Assembly: GCA_964057225.1 (NCBI GenBank)
Contig: CAXKVF010000093.1
Span: forward strand, 62,001-126,000
From: Auanema rhodensis
Taxonomy: Eukaryota > Animalia > Nematoda
Reading direction: 5' to 3'
Length of the DNA: 64,000 nt
Under the pieces are notes generated by a model that worked only from the letters and a program-made list of their open reading frames with translations, did not search any database and was not told where the DNA came from. This document shows, piece by piece, positions 26,901 through 40,800 of the stretch. The stretch's first letter is position 1, and each line of letters begins with the position of its first letter. The position numbers and the translations under genes are program-made.

Positions 26901-29290
26901 GCACATCACGTGTACATTTAATTAGCATAAATTAAAGTTCACGTAAATTTCAAAGTCATGGTTACCATGCACCAATATCAATAAAAATTTGTTTTTAGAC
27001 TAATATGGACATGGGGAATCTAATTTTGAAAACCGCATCTCTTTATCTTTCACGTGAAGCGAGTTACATACCAAGTGCACATCACGTGTACATTTAATTA
27101 GCATAAATTAAAGTTCACGTAAATTTCAAAGTCATGGTTACCATGAACCAATATCAATAAAAATTTGTTTTTAGACTAATATGGACATGGGGAATCTAAT
27201 TTTGAAAACCGCATCTCTTTATCTTTCACGTGAAGCGAGTTACATACCAAGTGCACATCACGTGTACATTTAATTAGCATAAATTAAAGTTCACGTAAAT
27301 TTCAAAGTCATGGTTACCATGCACCAATATCAATAAAAATTTGTTTTTAGACTAATATGGACATGGGGAATCTAATTTTGAAAACCGCATCTCTTTATCT
27401 TTCACGTGAAGCGAGTTACATACCAAGTGCACATCACGTGTACATTTAATTAGCATAAATTAAAGTTCACGTAAATTTCAAAGTCATGGTTACCATGCAC
27501 CAATATCAATAAAAATTTGTTTTTAGACTAATATGGACATGGGGAATCTAATTTTGAAAACCGCATCTCTTTATCTTACACGTGAAGCGAGTTACATACC
27601 AAGTGCACATCACGTGTACATTTAATTAGCATAAATTAAAGTTCACGTAAATTTCAAAGTCATGGTTACCATGCACCAATATCAATAAAAATTTGTTTTT
27701 AGACTAATATGGACATGGGGAATCTAATTTTGAAAACCGCATCTCTTTATCTTTCACGTGAAGCGAGTTACATACCAAGTGCACATCACGTGTACATTTA
27801 ATTAGCATAAATTAAAGTTCACGTAAATTTCAAAGTCATGGTTACCATGCACCAATATCAATAAAAATTTGTTTTTAGACTAATATGGACATGGGGAATC
27901 TAATTTTGAAAACCGCATCTCTTCATCTTTCACGTGAAGCGAGTTACATACCAAGTGAAGCGAGTTACATACCAAGTGCACATCACGTGTACATTTAATT
28001 AGCATAAATTAAAGTTCACGTAAATTTCAAAGTCATGGTTACCATGCACCAATATCAATAAAAATTTGTTTTTAGACTAATATGGACATGGGGAATCTAA
28101 TTTTGAAAACCGCATCTCTTTATCTTTCACGTGAAGCGAGTTACATACCAAGTGCACATCACGTGTACATTTAATTAGCATAAATTAAAGTTCACGTAAA
28201 TTTCAAAGTCATGGTTACCATGAACCAATATCAATAAAAATTTGTTTTTAGACTAATATGGACATGGGGAATCTAATTTTGAAAACCGCATCTCTTTATC
28301 TTTCACGTGAAGCGAGTTACATACCAAGTGCACATCACGTGTACATTTAATTAGCATAAATTAAAGTTCACGTAAATTTCAAAGTCATGGTTACCATGCA
28401 CCAATATCAATAAAAATTTGTTTTTAGACTAATATGGACATGGGGAATCTAATTTTGAAAACCGCATCTCTTTATCTTTCACGTGAAGCGAGTTACATAC
28501 CAAGTGCACATCACGTGTACATTTAATTAGCATAAATTAAAGTTCACGTAAATTTCAAAGTCATGGTTACCATGCACCAATATCAATAAAAATTTGTTTT
28601 TAGACTAATATGGACATGGGGAATCTAATTTTGAGAACCGCATCTCTTCATCTTTCACGTGAAGCGAGTTACATACCAAGTGAAGCGAGTTACATACCAA
28701 GTGCACATCACGTGTACATTTAATTAGCATAAATTAAAGTTCACGTAAATTTCAAAGTCATGGTTACCATGAACCAATATCAATAAAAATTTGTTTTTAG
28801 ACTAATATGGACATGGGGAATCTAATTTTGAAAACCGCATCTCTTTATCTTTCACGTGAAGCGAGTTACATACCAAGTGCACATCACGTGTACATTTAAT
28901 TAGCATAAATTAAAGTTCACGTAACTTTCAAAGTCATGGTTACCATGCACCAATATCAATAAAAATTTGTTTTTAGACTAATATGGACATGGGGAATCTA
29001 ATTTTGAAAACCGCATCTCTTTATCATTCACGTGAAGCGAGTTACATACCAAGTGCACATCACGTGTACATTTAATTAGCATAAATTAAAGTTCACGTAA
29101 ATTTCAAAGTCATGGTTACCATGCACCAATATCAATAAAAATTTGTTTTTAGACTAATATGGACATGGGGAATCTAATTTTGAAAACCGCATCTCTTTAT
29201 CTTTCACGTGAAGCGAGTTACATACCAAGTGCACATCACGTGTACATTTAATTAGCATAAATTAAAGTTCACGTAAATTTGAAAGTCATG
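23992..29290 (+). repeat. Block duplicate of about 3387-8685 (offset 20,605 bp)
   Basis: Four long monomers map at exactly +20605 (3387/23992, 4816/25421, 7301/27906, 8026/28631). C47T, A98C, T25A, T23A and C102G markers are in register. Confidence 0.85.
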
Positions 29291-31291
29291 GTTACCATGC
29301 ACCAATGTCAATAAAAATTTGTTTTTAGACTAATATGGACATGGGGAATCTAATTTTGCAAACCGCATCTCTTCATCTTTCACGTGAAGCGAGTTACATA
29401 CCAAGTGCACATCACGTGTACATTTAATTAGCATAAATTAAAGTTCACGTAAATTTCAAAGTCATGGTTACCATGCACCAATATCAATAAAAATTTGTTT
29501 TTAGACTAATATGGACATGGGGAATCTAATTTTGAAAACCGCATCTCTTTATCTTTCACGTGAAGCGAGTTACATACCAAGTGCACATCACGTGCACATT
29601 TAATTAGCATAAATTAAAGTTCACGTAAATTTCAAAGTCATGGTTACCATGAACCAATATCAATAAAAATTTGTTTTTAGACTAATATGGACATGGGGAA
29701 TCTAATTTTGAAAACCGCATCTCTTTATCTTTCACGTGAAGAGAGTTACATACCAAGTGCACATCACGTGTACATTTAATTAGCATAAATTAAAGTTCAC
29801 GTAAATTTCAAAGTCATGGTTACCATGCACCAATATCAATAAAAATTTGTTTTTAGACTAATATGGACATGGGGAATCTAATTTTGAAAACCACATCTCT
29901 TTATCTTTCACGTGAAGCGAGTTACATACCAAGTGCACATCACGTGTACATTTAATTAGCATAAATTAAAGTTCACGTAAATTTCAAAGTCATGGTTACC
30001 ATGCACCAATATCAATAAAAATTTGTTTTTAGACTAATATGGACATGGGGAATCTAATTTTGAAAACCGCATCTCTTTATCTTTCACGTGAAGCGAGTTA
30101 CATACCAAGTGCACATCACGTGTACATTTAATTAGCATAAATTAAAGTTCACGTAAATTTCAAAGTCATGGTTACCATGCACCAATATCAATAAAAATTT
30201 GTTTTTAGACTAATATGGACATGGGGAATCTAATTTTGAAAACCGCATCTCTTTATCTTTCACGTGAAGCGAGTTACATACCAAGTGCACATCACGTGTA
30301 CATTTAATTAGCATTAATTAAAGTTCACGTAAATTTCAAAGTCATGGTTACCATGAACCAATATCAATAAAAATTTGTTTTTAGACTAATATGGACATGG
30401 GGAATCTAATTTTAAAAACCGCATCTCTTTATCTTTCACGTGAAGCGAGTTACATACCAAGTGCACATCACGTGTACATTTAATTAGCATAAATTAAAGT
30501 TCACGTAACTTTCAAAGTCATGGTTACCATGCACCAATGTCAATAAAAATTTGTTTTTAGACTAATATGGACATGGGGAATCTAATTTTGCAAACCGCAT
30601 CTCTTCATCTTTCACGTGAAGCGAGTTACATACCAAGTGCACATCACGTGTACATTTAATTAGCATTAATTAAAGTTCACGTAAATTTCAAAGTCATGGT
30701 TACCATGAACCAATATCAATAAAATTTTGTTTTTAGACTAATATGGACATGGGGAATCTAATATTGAAAACCGCATCTCTTTATCTTTCACGTGAAGCGA
30801 GTTACATACCAAGTGCACATCACGTGTACATTTAATTAGCATAAATTAAAGTTCACGTAAATTTCAAAGTCATGGTTACCATGAACCAATATCAATAAAA
30901 ATTTGTTTTTAGACTAATATGGACATGGGGAATCTAATATTGAAAACCGCATCTCTTTATCTTTCACGTGAAGCGAGTTACATACCAAGTGCACATCACG
31001 TGTACATTTAATTAGCATAAATTAAAGTTCACGTAACTTTCAAAGTCATGGTTACCATGCACCAATATCAATAAAAATTTGTTTTTAGACTAATATGGAC
31101 ATGGGGAATCTAATTTTGAAAACCGCATCTCTTTATCTTTCACGTGAAGCGAGTTACATACCAAGTGCACATCACGTGTACATTTAATTAGCATAAATTA
31201 AAGTTCACGTAAATTTCAAAGTCATGGTTACCATGCACCAATATCAATAAAAATTTGTTTTTAGACTAATATGGACATGGGGAATCTAATT

Positions 31292-32347
31292 TTGAAAACC
31301 CCATCTCTTTATCTTTCACGTGAAGCGAGTTACATACCAAGTGCACATCACGTGTACATTTAATTAGCATAAATTAAAGTTCACGTAAATTTCAAAGTCA
31401 TGGTTACCATGCACCAATGTCAATAAAAATTTGTTTTTAGACTAATATGGACATGGGGAATCTAATTTTGCAAACCGCATCTCTTCATCTTTCACGTGAA
31501 GCGAGTTACATACCAAGTGCACATCACGTGTACATTCAATTAGCATAAATTAAAGTTCACGTAAATTTCAAAGTCATGGTTACCATGCACCAATATCAAT
31601 AAAAATTTGTTTTTAGACTAATATGGACATGAGGAATCTAATTTTGAAAACCGCATCTCTTTATCTTTCACGTGAAGCGAGTTACATACCAAGTGCACAT
31701 CACGTGTACATTTAATTAGCATAAATTAAAGTTCACGTAAATTTCAAAGTCATGGTTACCATGCACCAATATCAATAAAAATTTGTTTTTAGACTAATAT
31801 GGACATGGGGAATCTAATTTTGAAAACCGCATCTCTTTATCTTTCACGTGAAGCGAGTTACATACCAAGTGCACATCACGTGTACATTTAATTAGCATAA
31901 ATTAAAGTTCACGTAAATTTCAAAGTCATGGTTACCATGCACCAATGTCAATAAAAATTTGTTTTTAGACTAATATGGACATGGGGAATCTAATTTTGCA
32001 AACCGCATCTCTTCATCTTTCACGTGAAGCGAGTTACATACCAAGTGCACATCACGTGTACATTCAATTAGCATAAATTAAAGTTCACGTAAATTTCAAA
32101 GTCATGGTTACCATGCACCAATATCAATAAAAATTTGTTTTTAGACTAATATGGACATGAGGAATCTAATTTTGAAAACCGCATCTCTTTATCTTTCACG
32201 TGAAGCGAGTTACATACCAAGTGCACATCACGTGTACATTTAATTAGCATAAATTAAAGTTCACGTAAATTTCAAAGTCATGGTTACCATGCACCAATAT
32301 CAATAAAAATTTGTTTTTAGACTAATATGGACATGGGGAATCTAATT
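31292..32347 (+). repeat. Local tandem duplication of a 3-monomer unit (528 bp x2)
   Basis: A128G (31419/31947), A4C+T19C (monomers 31468/31996), T70C (31537/32065) and G165A (31632/32160) all recur at +528. Confidence 0.9.
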
Positions 32348-33227
32348 TTGAAAACCGCATCTCTTTATCTTTCACGTGAAGCGAGTTACATACCAAGTGC
32401 ACATCACGTGTACATTTAATTAGCATAAATTAAAGTTCACGTAAATTTCAAAGTCATGGTTACCATGCACCAATATCAATAAAAATTTGTTTTTAGACTA
32501 ATATGGACATGGGGAATCTAATTTTGAAAACCGCATCTCTTTATCTTTCACGTGAAGCGAGTTACATACCAAGTGCACATCACGTGTACATTTAATTAGC
32601 ATTAATTAAAGTTCACGTAAATTCCAAAGTCATGGTTACCATGAACCAATATCAATAAAAATTTGTTTTTAGACTAATATGGACATGGGAAATCTAATTT
32701 TGAAAACCGCATCTCTTTATCTTTCACGTGAAGCGAGTTACATATCAAGTGCACATCACGTGTACATTTAATTAACATAAATTAAAGTTCACGTAAATTT
32801 CAAAGTCATGGTTACCATGAACCAATATCAATAAAAATTTGTTTTTAGACTAATATGGACATGGGGAATCTAATTTTGAAAACCGCATCTCTTTATCTTT
32901 CACGTGAAGCGAGTTACATACCAAGTGCACATCACGTGTACATTTAATTAGCATAAATTAAAGTTCACGTAAATTTCAAAGTCATGGTTACCATGCACCA
33001 ATATCAATAAAAATTTGTTTTTAGACTAATATGGACATGGGGAATCTAATTTTGAAAACCGCATCTCTTCATCTTTCACGTGAAGCGAGTTACATACCAA
33101 GTGCACATCACGTGTACATTTAATTAGCATAAATTAAAGTTCACGTAAATTTCAAAGTCATGGTTACCATGCACCAATATCAATAAAAATTTGTTTTTAG
33201 ACTAATATGGACATGGGGAATCTAATT

Positions 33228-34633
33228 TTGAAAACCGCATCTCTTTATCTTTCACGTGAAGCGAGTTACATACCAAGTGCACATCACGTGTACATTTAAT
33301 TAGCATAAATTAAAGTTCACGTAAATTTCAAAGTCATGGTTACCATGAACCAATATCAATAAAAATTTGTTTTTAGACTAATATGGACATGGGGAATCTA
33401 ATTTTGAAAACCGCATCTCTTATCTTTCACGTGAAGCGAGTTACATACCAAGTGCACATCACGTGTACATTTAATTAGCATAAATTAAAGTTCACGTAAA
33501 TTTCAAAGTCATGGTTACCATGCACCAATATCAATAAAAATTTGTTTTTAGACTAATATGGACATGGGGAATCTAATTTTGAAAACCGCATCTCTTTATC
33601 TTTCACGTGAAGCGAGTTACATACCAAGTGCACATCACGTGTACATTTAATTAGCATAAATTAAAGTTCACGTAAATTTCAAAGTCATGGTTACCATGAA
33701 CCAATATCAATAAAAATTTGTTTTTAGACTAATATGGACATGGGGAATCTAATATTGAAAACCGCATCTCTTTATCTTTCACGTGAAGCGAGTTACATAC
33801 CAAGTGCACATCACGTGTACATTTAATTAGCATAAATTAAAGTTCACGTAACTTTCAAAGTCATGGTTACCATGCACCAATATCAATAAAAATTTGTTTT
33901 TAGACTAATATGGACATGGGGAATCTAATTTTGAAAACCGCATCTCTTTATCTTTCACGTGAAGCGAGTTACATACCAAGTGCACATCACGTGTACATTT
34001 AATTAGCATAAATTAAAGTTCACGTAAATTTCAAAGTCATGGTTACCATGAACCAATATCAATAAAAATTTGTTTTTAGACTAATATGGACATGGGGAAT
34101 CTAATTTTGAAAACCGCATCTCTTATCTTTCACGTGAAGCGAGTTACATACCAAGTGCACATCACGTGTACATTTAATTAGCATAAATTAAAGTTCACGT
34201 AAATTTCAAAGTCATGGTTACCATGCACCAATATCAATAAAAATTTGTTTTTAGACTAATATGGACATGGGGAATCTAATTTTGAAAACCGCATCTCTTT
34301 ATCTTTCACGTGAAGCGAGTTACATACCAAGTGCACATCACGTGTACATTTAATTAGCATAAATTAAAGTTCACGTAAATTTCAAAGTCATGGTTACCAT
34401 GAACCAATATCAATAAAAATTTGTTTTTAGACTAATATGGACATGGGGAATCTAATATTGAAAACCGCATCTCTTTATCTTTCACGTGAAGCGAGTTACA
34501 TACCAAGTGCACATCACGTGTACATTTAATTAGCATAAATTAAAGTTCACGTAACTTTCAAAGTCATGGTTACCATGCACCAATATCAATAAAAATTTGT
34601 TTTTAGACTAATATGGACATGGGGAATCTAATT
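33228..34633 (+). repeat. Local tandem duplication of a 4-monomer unit (703 bp x2) containing the 175-bp monomer
   Basis: A 1-bp T deletion (CTCTTATC instead of CTCTTTATC) occurs in the monomers at 33404 and 34107. Each is followed by T176A and A98C monomers. Confidence 0.9.
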
Positions 34634-37600
34634 TTGAAAACCGCATCTCTTTATCTTTCACGTGAAGCGAGTTACATACCAAGTGCACATCACGTGTACA
34701 TTTAATTAGCATAAATTAAAGTTCACGTAAATTTCAAAGTCATGGTTACCATGCACCAATATCAATAAAAATTTGTTTTTAGACTAATATGGACATGGGG
34801 AATCTAATTTTGAAAACCGCATCTCTTTATCTTTCACGTGAAGCGAGTTACATACCAAGTGCACATCACGTGTACATTTAATTAGCATAAATTAAAGTTC
34901 ACGTAAATTTCAAAGTCATGGTTACCATGAACCAATATCAATAAAAATTTGTTTTTAGACTAATATGGACATGGGGAATCTAATTTTGAAAACCGCATCT
35001 CTTTATCTTTCACGTGAAGCGAGTTACATACCAAGTGCACATCACGTGTACATTTAATTAGCATAAATTAAAGTTCACGTAAATTTCAAAGTCATGGTTA
35101 CCATGCACCAATATCAATAAAAATTTGTTTTTAGACTAATATGGACATGGGGAATCTAATTTTGAAAACCGCATCTCTTTATCTTTCACGTGAAGCGAGT
35201 TACATACCAAGTGCACATCACGTGTACATTTAATTAGCATAAATTAAAGTTCACGTAAATTTCAAAGTCATGGTTACCATGCACCAATATCAATAAAAAT
35301 TTGTTTTTAGACTAATATGGACATGGGGAATCTAATTTTGCAAACCGCATCTTTTCATCTTTCACGTGAAGCGAGTTACATACCAAGTGCACATCACGTG
35401 TACATTTAATTAGCATTAATTAAAGTTCACGTAAATTTCAAAGTCATGGTTACCATGAACCAATATCAATAAAAATTTGTTTTTAGACTAATATGGACAT
35501 GGGGAATCTAATTTTGAAAACCGCATCTCTTTATCTTTCACGTGAAGCGAGTTACATACCAAGTGCACATCACGTGTACATTTAATTAGCATAAATTAAA
35601 GTTCACGTAACTTTCAAAGTCATGGTTACCATGCACCAATGTCAATAAAAATTTGTTTTTAGACTAATATGGACATGGGGAATCTAATTTTGCAAACCGC
35701 ATCTCTTCATCTTTCACGTGAAGCGAGTTACATACCAAGTGCACATCACGTGTACATTTAATTAGCATTAATTAAAGTTCACGTAAATTTCAAAGTCATG
35801 GTTACCATGAACCAATATCAATAAAATTTTGTTTTTAGACTAATATGGACATGGGGAATCTAATATTGAAAACCGCATCTCTTTATCTTTCACGTGAAGC
35901 GAGTTACATACCAAGTGCACATCACGTGTACATTTAATTAGCATAAATTAAAGTTCACGTAAATTTCAAAGTCATGGTTACCATGCACCAATATCAATAA
36001 AATTTTGTTTTTAGACTAATATGGACATGGGGAATCTAATTTTGCAAACCGCATCTCTTCATCTTTCACGTGAAGCGAGTTACATACCAAGTGCACATCA
36101 CGTGTACATTTAATTAGCATTAATTAAAGTTCACGTAAATTTCAAAGTCATGGTTACCATGAACCAATATCAATAAAAATTTGTTTTTAGACTAATATGG
36201 ACATGGGGAATCTAATTTTGAAAACCGCATCTCTTTATCTTTCACGTGAAGCGAGTTACATACCAAGTGCACATCACGTGTACATTTAATTAGCATAAAT
36301 TAAAGTTCACGTAACTTTCAAAGTCATGGTTACCATGCACCAATATCAATAAAAATTTGTTTTTAGACTAATATGGACATGGGGAATCTAATTTTGAAAA
36401 CCGCATCTCTTTATCTTTCACGTGAAGCGAGTTACATACCAAGAGCACATCACGTGTACATTTAATTAGCATAAATTAAAGTTCACGTAACTTTCAAAGT
36501 CATGGTTACCATGCACCAATATCAATAAAAATTTGTTTTTAGACTAATATGGACATGGGGAATCTAATTTTGAAAACCGCATCTCTTTATCTTTCACGTG
36601 AAGCGAGTTACATACCAAGTGCACATCACGTGTACATTTAATTAGCATAAATTAAAGTTCACGTAAATTTCAAAGTCATGGTTACCATGCACCAATATCA
36701 ATAAAAATTTGTTTTTAGACTAATATGGACATGGGGAATCTAATTTTGAAAACCGCATCTCTTTATCTTTCACGTGAAGCGAGTTACATACCAAGTGCAC
36801 ATCACGTGTACATTTAATTAGCATAAATTAAAGTTCACGTAAATTTCAAAGTCATGGTTACCATGAACCAATATCAATAAAAATTTGTTTTTAGACTAAT
36901 ATGGACATGGGGAATCTAATTTTGAAAACCGCATCTCTTTATCTTTCACGTGAAGCGAGTTACATACCAAGTGCACATCACGTGTACATTTAATTAGCAT
37001 AAATTAAAGTTCACGTAAATTTCAAAGTCATGGTTACCATGCACCAATATCAATAAAAATTTGTTTTTAGACTAATATGGACATGGGGAATCTAATTTTG
37101 AAAACCGCATCTCTTTATCTTTCACGTGAAGCGAGTTACATACCAAGTGCACATCACGTGTACATTTAATTAGCATAAATTAAAGTTCACGTAAATTTCA
37201 AAGTCATGGTTACCATGCACCAATATCAATAAAAATTTGTTTTTAGACTAATATGGACATGGGGAATCTAATTTTGCAAACCGCATCTCTTCATCTTTCA
37301 CGTGAAGCGAGTTACATACCAAGTGCACATCACGTGTACATTTAATTAGCATAAATTAAAGTTCACGTAAATTTCAAAGTCATGGTTACCATGCACCAAT
37401 ATCAATAAAAATTTGTTTTTAAACTAATATGGACATGGGGAATCTAATTTTGAAAACCGCATCTCTTTATCTTTCACGTGAAGCGAGTTACATACCAAGT
37501 GCACATCACGTGTACATTTAATTAGCATAAATTAAAGTTCACGTAAATTTCAAAGTCATGGTTACCATGCACCAATATGAATAAAAATTTGTTTTTAGAC

Positions 37601-37801
37601 TAATATGGACATGGGGAATCTAATTTTGAAAACCGCATCTCCTTATCTTTCACGTGAAGCGAGTTACATACCAAGTGCACATCACGTGTACATTTAATTA
37701 GCATAAATTAAAGTTCACGTAAATTTCAAAGTCATGGTTACCATGCACCAATATCAATAAAAATTTGTTTTTAGACTAATATGGACATGGGGAATCTAAT
37801 T

Positions 37802-37896
37802 TTGAAAACCGCATCTCTTTATCTTTCACGTGAAGCGAGTTACATACCAAGTACACATCACGTGTACATTTAATTAGCATTAATTAAAGAATTAAA
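37802..37896 (+). repeat. Truncated 95-bp monomer, copy 1 (about 89-bp deletion plus 8-bp templated duplication AATTAAAG)
   Basis: Junction ...GCATT-AATTAAAG-AATTAAAG-TGAAAACCG at 37877-37906. The monomer also carries G52A and A80T. Confidence 0.95.
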
Positions 37897-40800
37897 GTGA
37901 AAACCGCATCTCTTTATCTTTCACGTGAAGCGAGTTACATACCAAGTGCACATCACGTGTACATTTAATTAGCATTAATTAAAGTTCACGTAAATTTAAA
38001 AGTCATGGTTACCATGAACCAATATCAATAAAAATTTGTTTTTAGACTAATATGGACATGGGGAATCTAATTTTGAAAACCGCATCTCTTTATCTTTCAC
38101 GTGAAGCGAGTTACATACCAAGTGCACATCACGTGTACATTTAATTAGCATAAATTAAAGTTCACGTAAATTTCAAAGTCATGGTTACCATGCACCAATA
38201 TCAATAAAAATTTGTTTTTAGACTAATATGGACATGGGGAATCTAATTTTGAAAACCGCATCTCCTTATCTTTCACGTGAAGCGAGTTACATACCAAGTG
38301 CACATCACGTGTACATTTAATTAGCATAAATTAAAGTTCACGTAAATTTCAAAGTCATGGTTACCATGCACCAATATCAATAAAAATTTGTTTTTAGACT
38401 AATATGGACATGGGGAATCTAATTTTGAAAACCGCATCTCTTTATCTTTCACGTGAAGCGAGTTACATACCAAGTGCACATCACGTGTACATTTAATTAG
38501 CATTAATTAAAGTTCACGTAAATTTAAAAGTCATGGTTACCATGAACCAATATCAATAAAAATTTGTTTTTAGACTAATATGGACATGGGGAATCTAATT
38601 TTGAAAACCGCATCTCTTTATCTTTCACGTGAAGCGAGTTACATACCAAGTGCACATCACGTGTACATTTAATTAGCATAAATTAAAGTTCACGTAAATT
38701 TCAAAGTCATGGTTACCATGCACCAATATCAATAAAAATTTGTTTTTAGACTAATATGGACATGGGGAATCTAATTTTGAAAACCGCATCTCTTTATCTT
38801 TCACGTGAAGCGAGTTACATACTAAGTGCACATCACGTGTACATTTAATTAGCATAAATTAAAGTTCACGTAAATTTCAAAGTCATGGTTACCATGAACC
38901 AATATCAATAAAAATTTGTTTTTAGACTAATATGGACATGGGGAATCTAATTTTGAAAACCGCATCTCTTTATCTTTCACGTGAAGCGAGTTACATACCA
39001 AGTGCACATCACGTGTACATTTAATTAGCATAAATTAAAGTTCACGTAAATTTCAAAGTCATGGTTACCATGAACCAATATCAATAAAAATTTGTTTTTA
39101 GACTAATATGGACATGGGGAATCTAATATTGAAAACCGAATCTCTTTATCTTTCACGTGAAGCGAGTTACATACCAAGTGCACATCACGTGTACATTTAA
39201 TTAGCATAAATTAAAGTTCACGTAACTTTCAAAGTCATGGTTACCATGCACCAATATCAATAAAAATTTGTTTTTAGACTAATATGGACATGGGGAATCT
39301 AATTTTGAAAACCGCATCTCTTTATCTTTCACGTGAAGCGAGTTACATACCAAGTGCACATCACGTGTACATTTAATTAGCATAAATTAAAGTTCACGTA
39401 AATTTCAAAGTCATGGTTACCATGCACCAATATCAATAAAAATTTGTTTTTAGACTAATATGGACATGGGGAATCTAATTTTGAAAACCGCATCTCTTTA
39501 TCTTTCACGTGAAGCGAGTTACATACCAAGTGCACATCACGTGTACATTTAATTAGCATAAATTAAAGTTCACGTAAATTTCAAAGTCATGGTTACCATG
39601 CACCAATATCAATAAAAATTTGTTTTTAGACTAATATGGACATGGGGAATCTAATTTTGAAAACCGCATCTCTTTATCTTTCACGTGAAGCGAGTTACAT
39701 ACCAAGTGCACATCACGTGTACATTTAATTAGCATAAATTAAAGTTCACGTAAATTTCAAAGTCATGGTTACCATGCACCAATATCAATAAAAATTTGTT
39801 TTTAGACTAATATGGACATGGGGAATCTAATTTTGAAAACCGCATCTCTTTATCTTTCACGTGAAGCGAGTTACATACCAAGTGCACATCACGTGTACAT
39901 TTAATTAGCATAAATTAAAGTTCACGTAAATTTCAAAGTCATGGTTACCATGCACCAATATCAATAAAAATTTGTTTTTAGACTAATATGGACATGGGGA
40001 ATCTAATTTTGAAAACCGCATCTCTTCATCTTTCACGTGAAGCGAGTTACATACCAAGTGAAGCGAGTTACATACCAAGTGCACATCACGTGTACATTTA
40101 ATTAGCATAAATTAAAGTTCACGTAAATTTCAAAGTCATGGTTACCATGCACCAATATCAATAAAAATTTGTTTTTAGACTAATATGGACATGGGGAATC
40201 TAATTTTGAAAACCGCATCTCTTTATCTTTCACGTGAAGCGAGTTACATACCAAGTGCACATCACGTGTACATTTAATTAGCATAAATTAAAGTTCACGT
40301 AAATTTCAAAGTCATGGTTACCATGCACCAATATCAATAAAAATTTGTTTTTAGACTAATATGGACATGGGGAATCTAATTTTGAAAACCGCATCTCTTT
40401 ATCTTTCACGTGAAGCGAGTTACATACCAAGTGCACATCACGTGTACATTTAATTAGCATAAATTAAAGTTCACGTAAATTTCAAAGTCATGGTTACCAT
40501 GAACCAATATCAATAAAAATTTGTTTTTAGACTAATATGGACATGGGGAATCTAATTTTGAAAACCGCATCTCTTTATCTTTCACGTGAAGCGAGTTACA
40601 TACCAAGTGCACATCACGTGTACATTTAATTAGCATTAATTAAAGTTCACGTAAATTTCAAAGTCATGGTTACCATGAACCAATATCAATAAAAATTTGT
40701 TTTTAGACTAATATGGACATGGGGAATCTAATTTTGAAAACCGCATCTCTTTATCTTTCACGTGAAGCGAGTTACATACCAAGTGCACATCACGTGTACA

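Larger units (their letters stand above)
29300..37449 (+). repeat. Distinct variant layer of the satellite with no 197-bp monomers
   Basis: No long monomer occurs between 28828 and 40008. Characteristic variants are A4C (TTGCAAA), A128G, A138T, G165A, T70C, a 1-bp deletion, and T19C without the duplication. Singleton SNPs are more frequent here. Confidence 0.85.
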
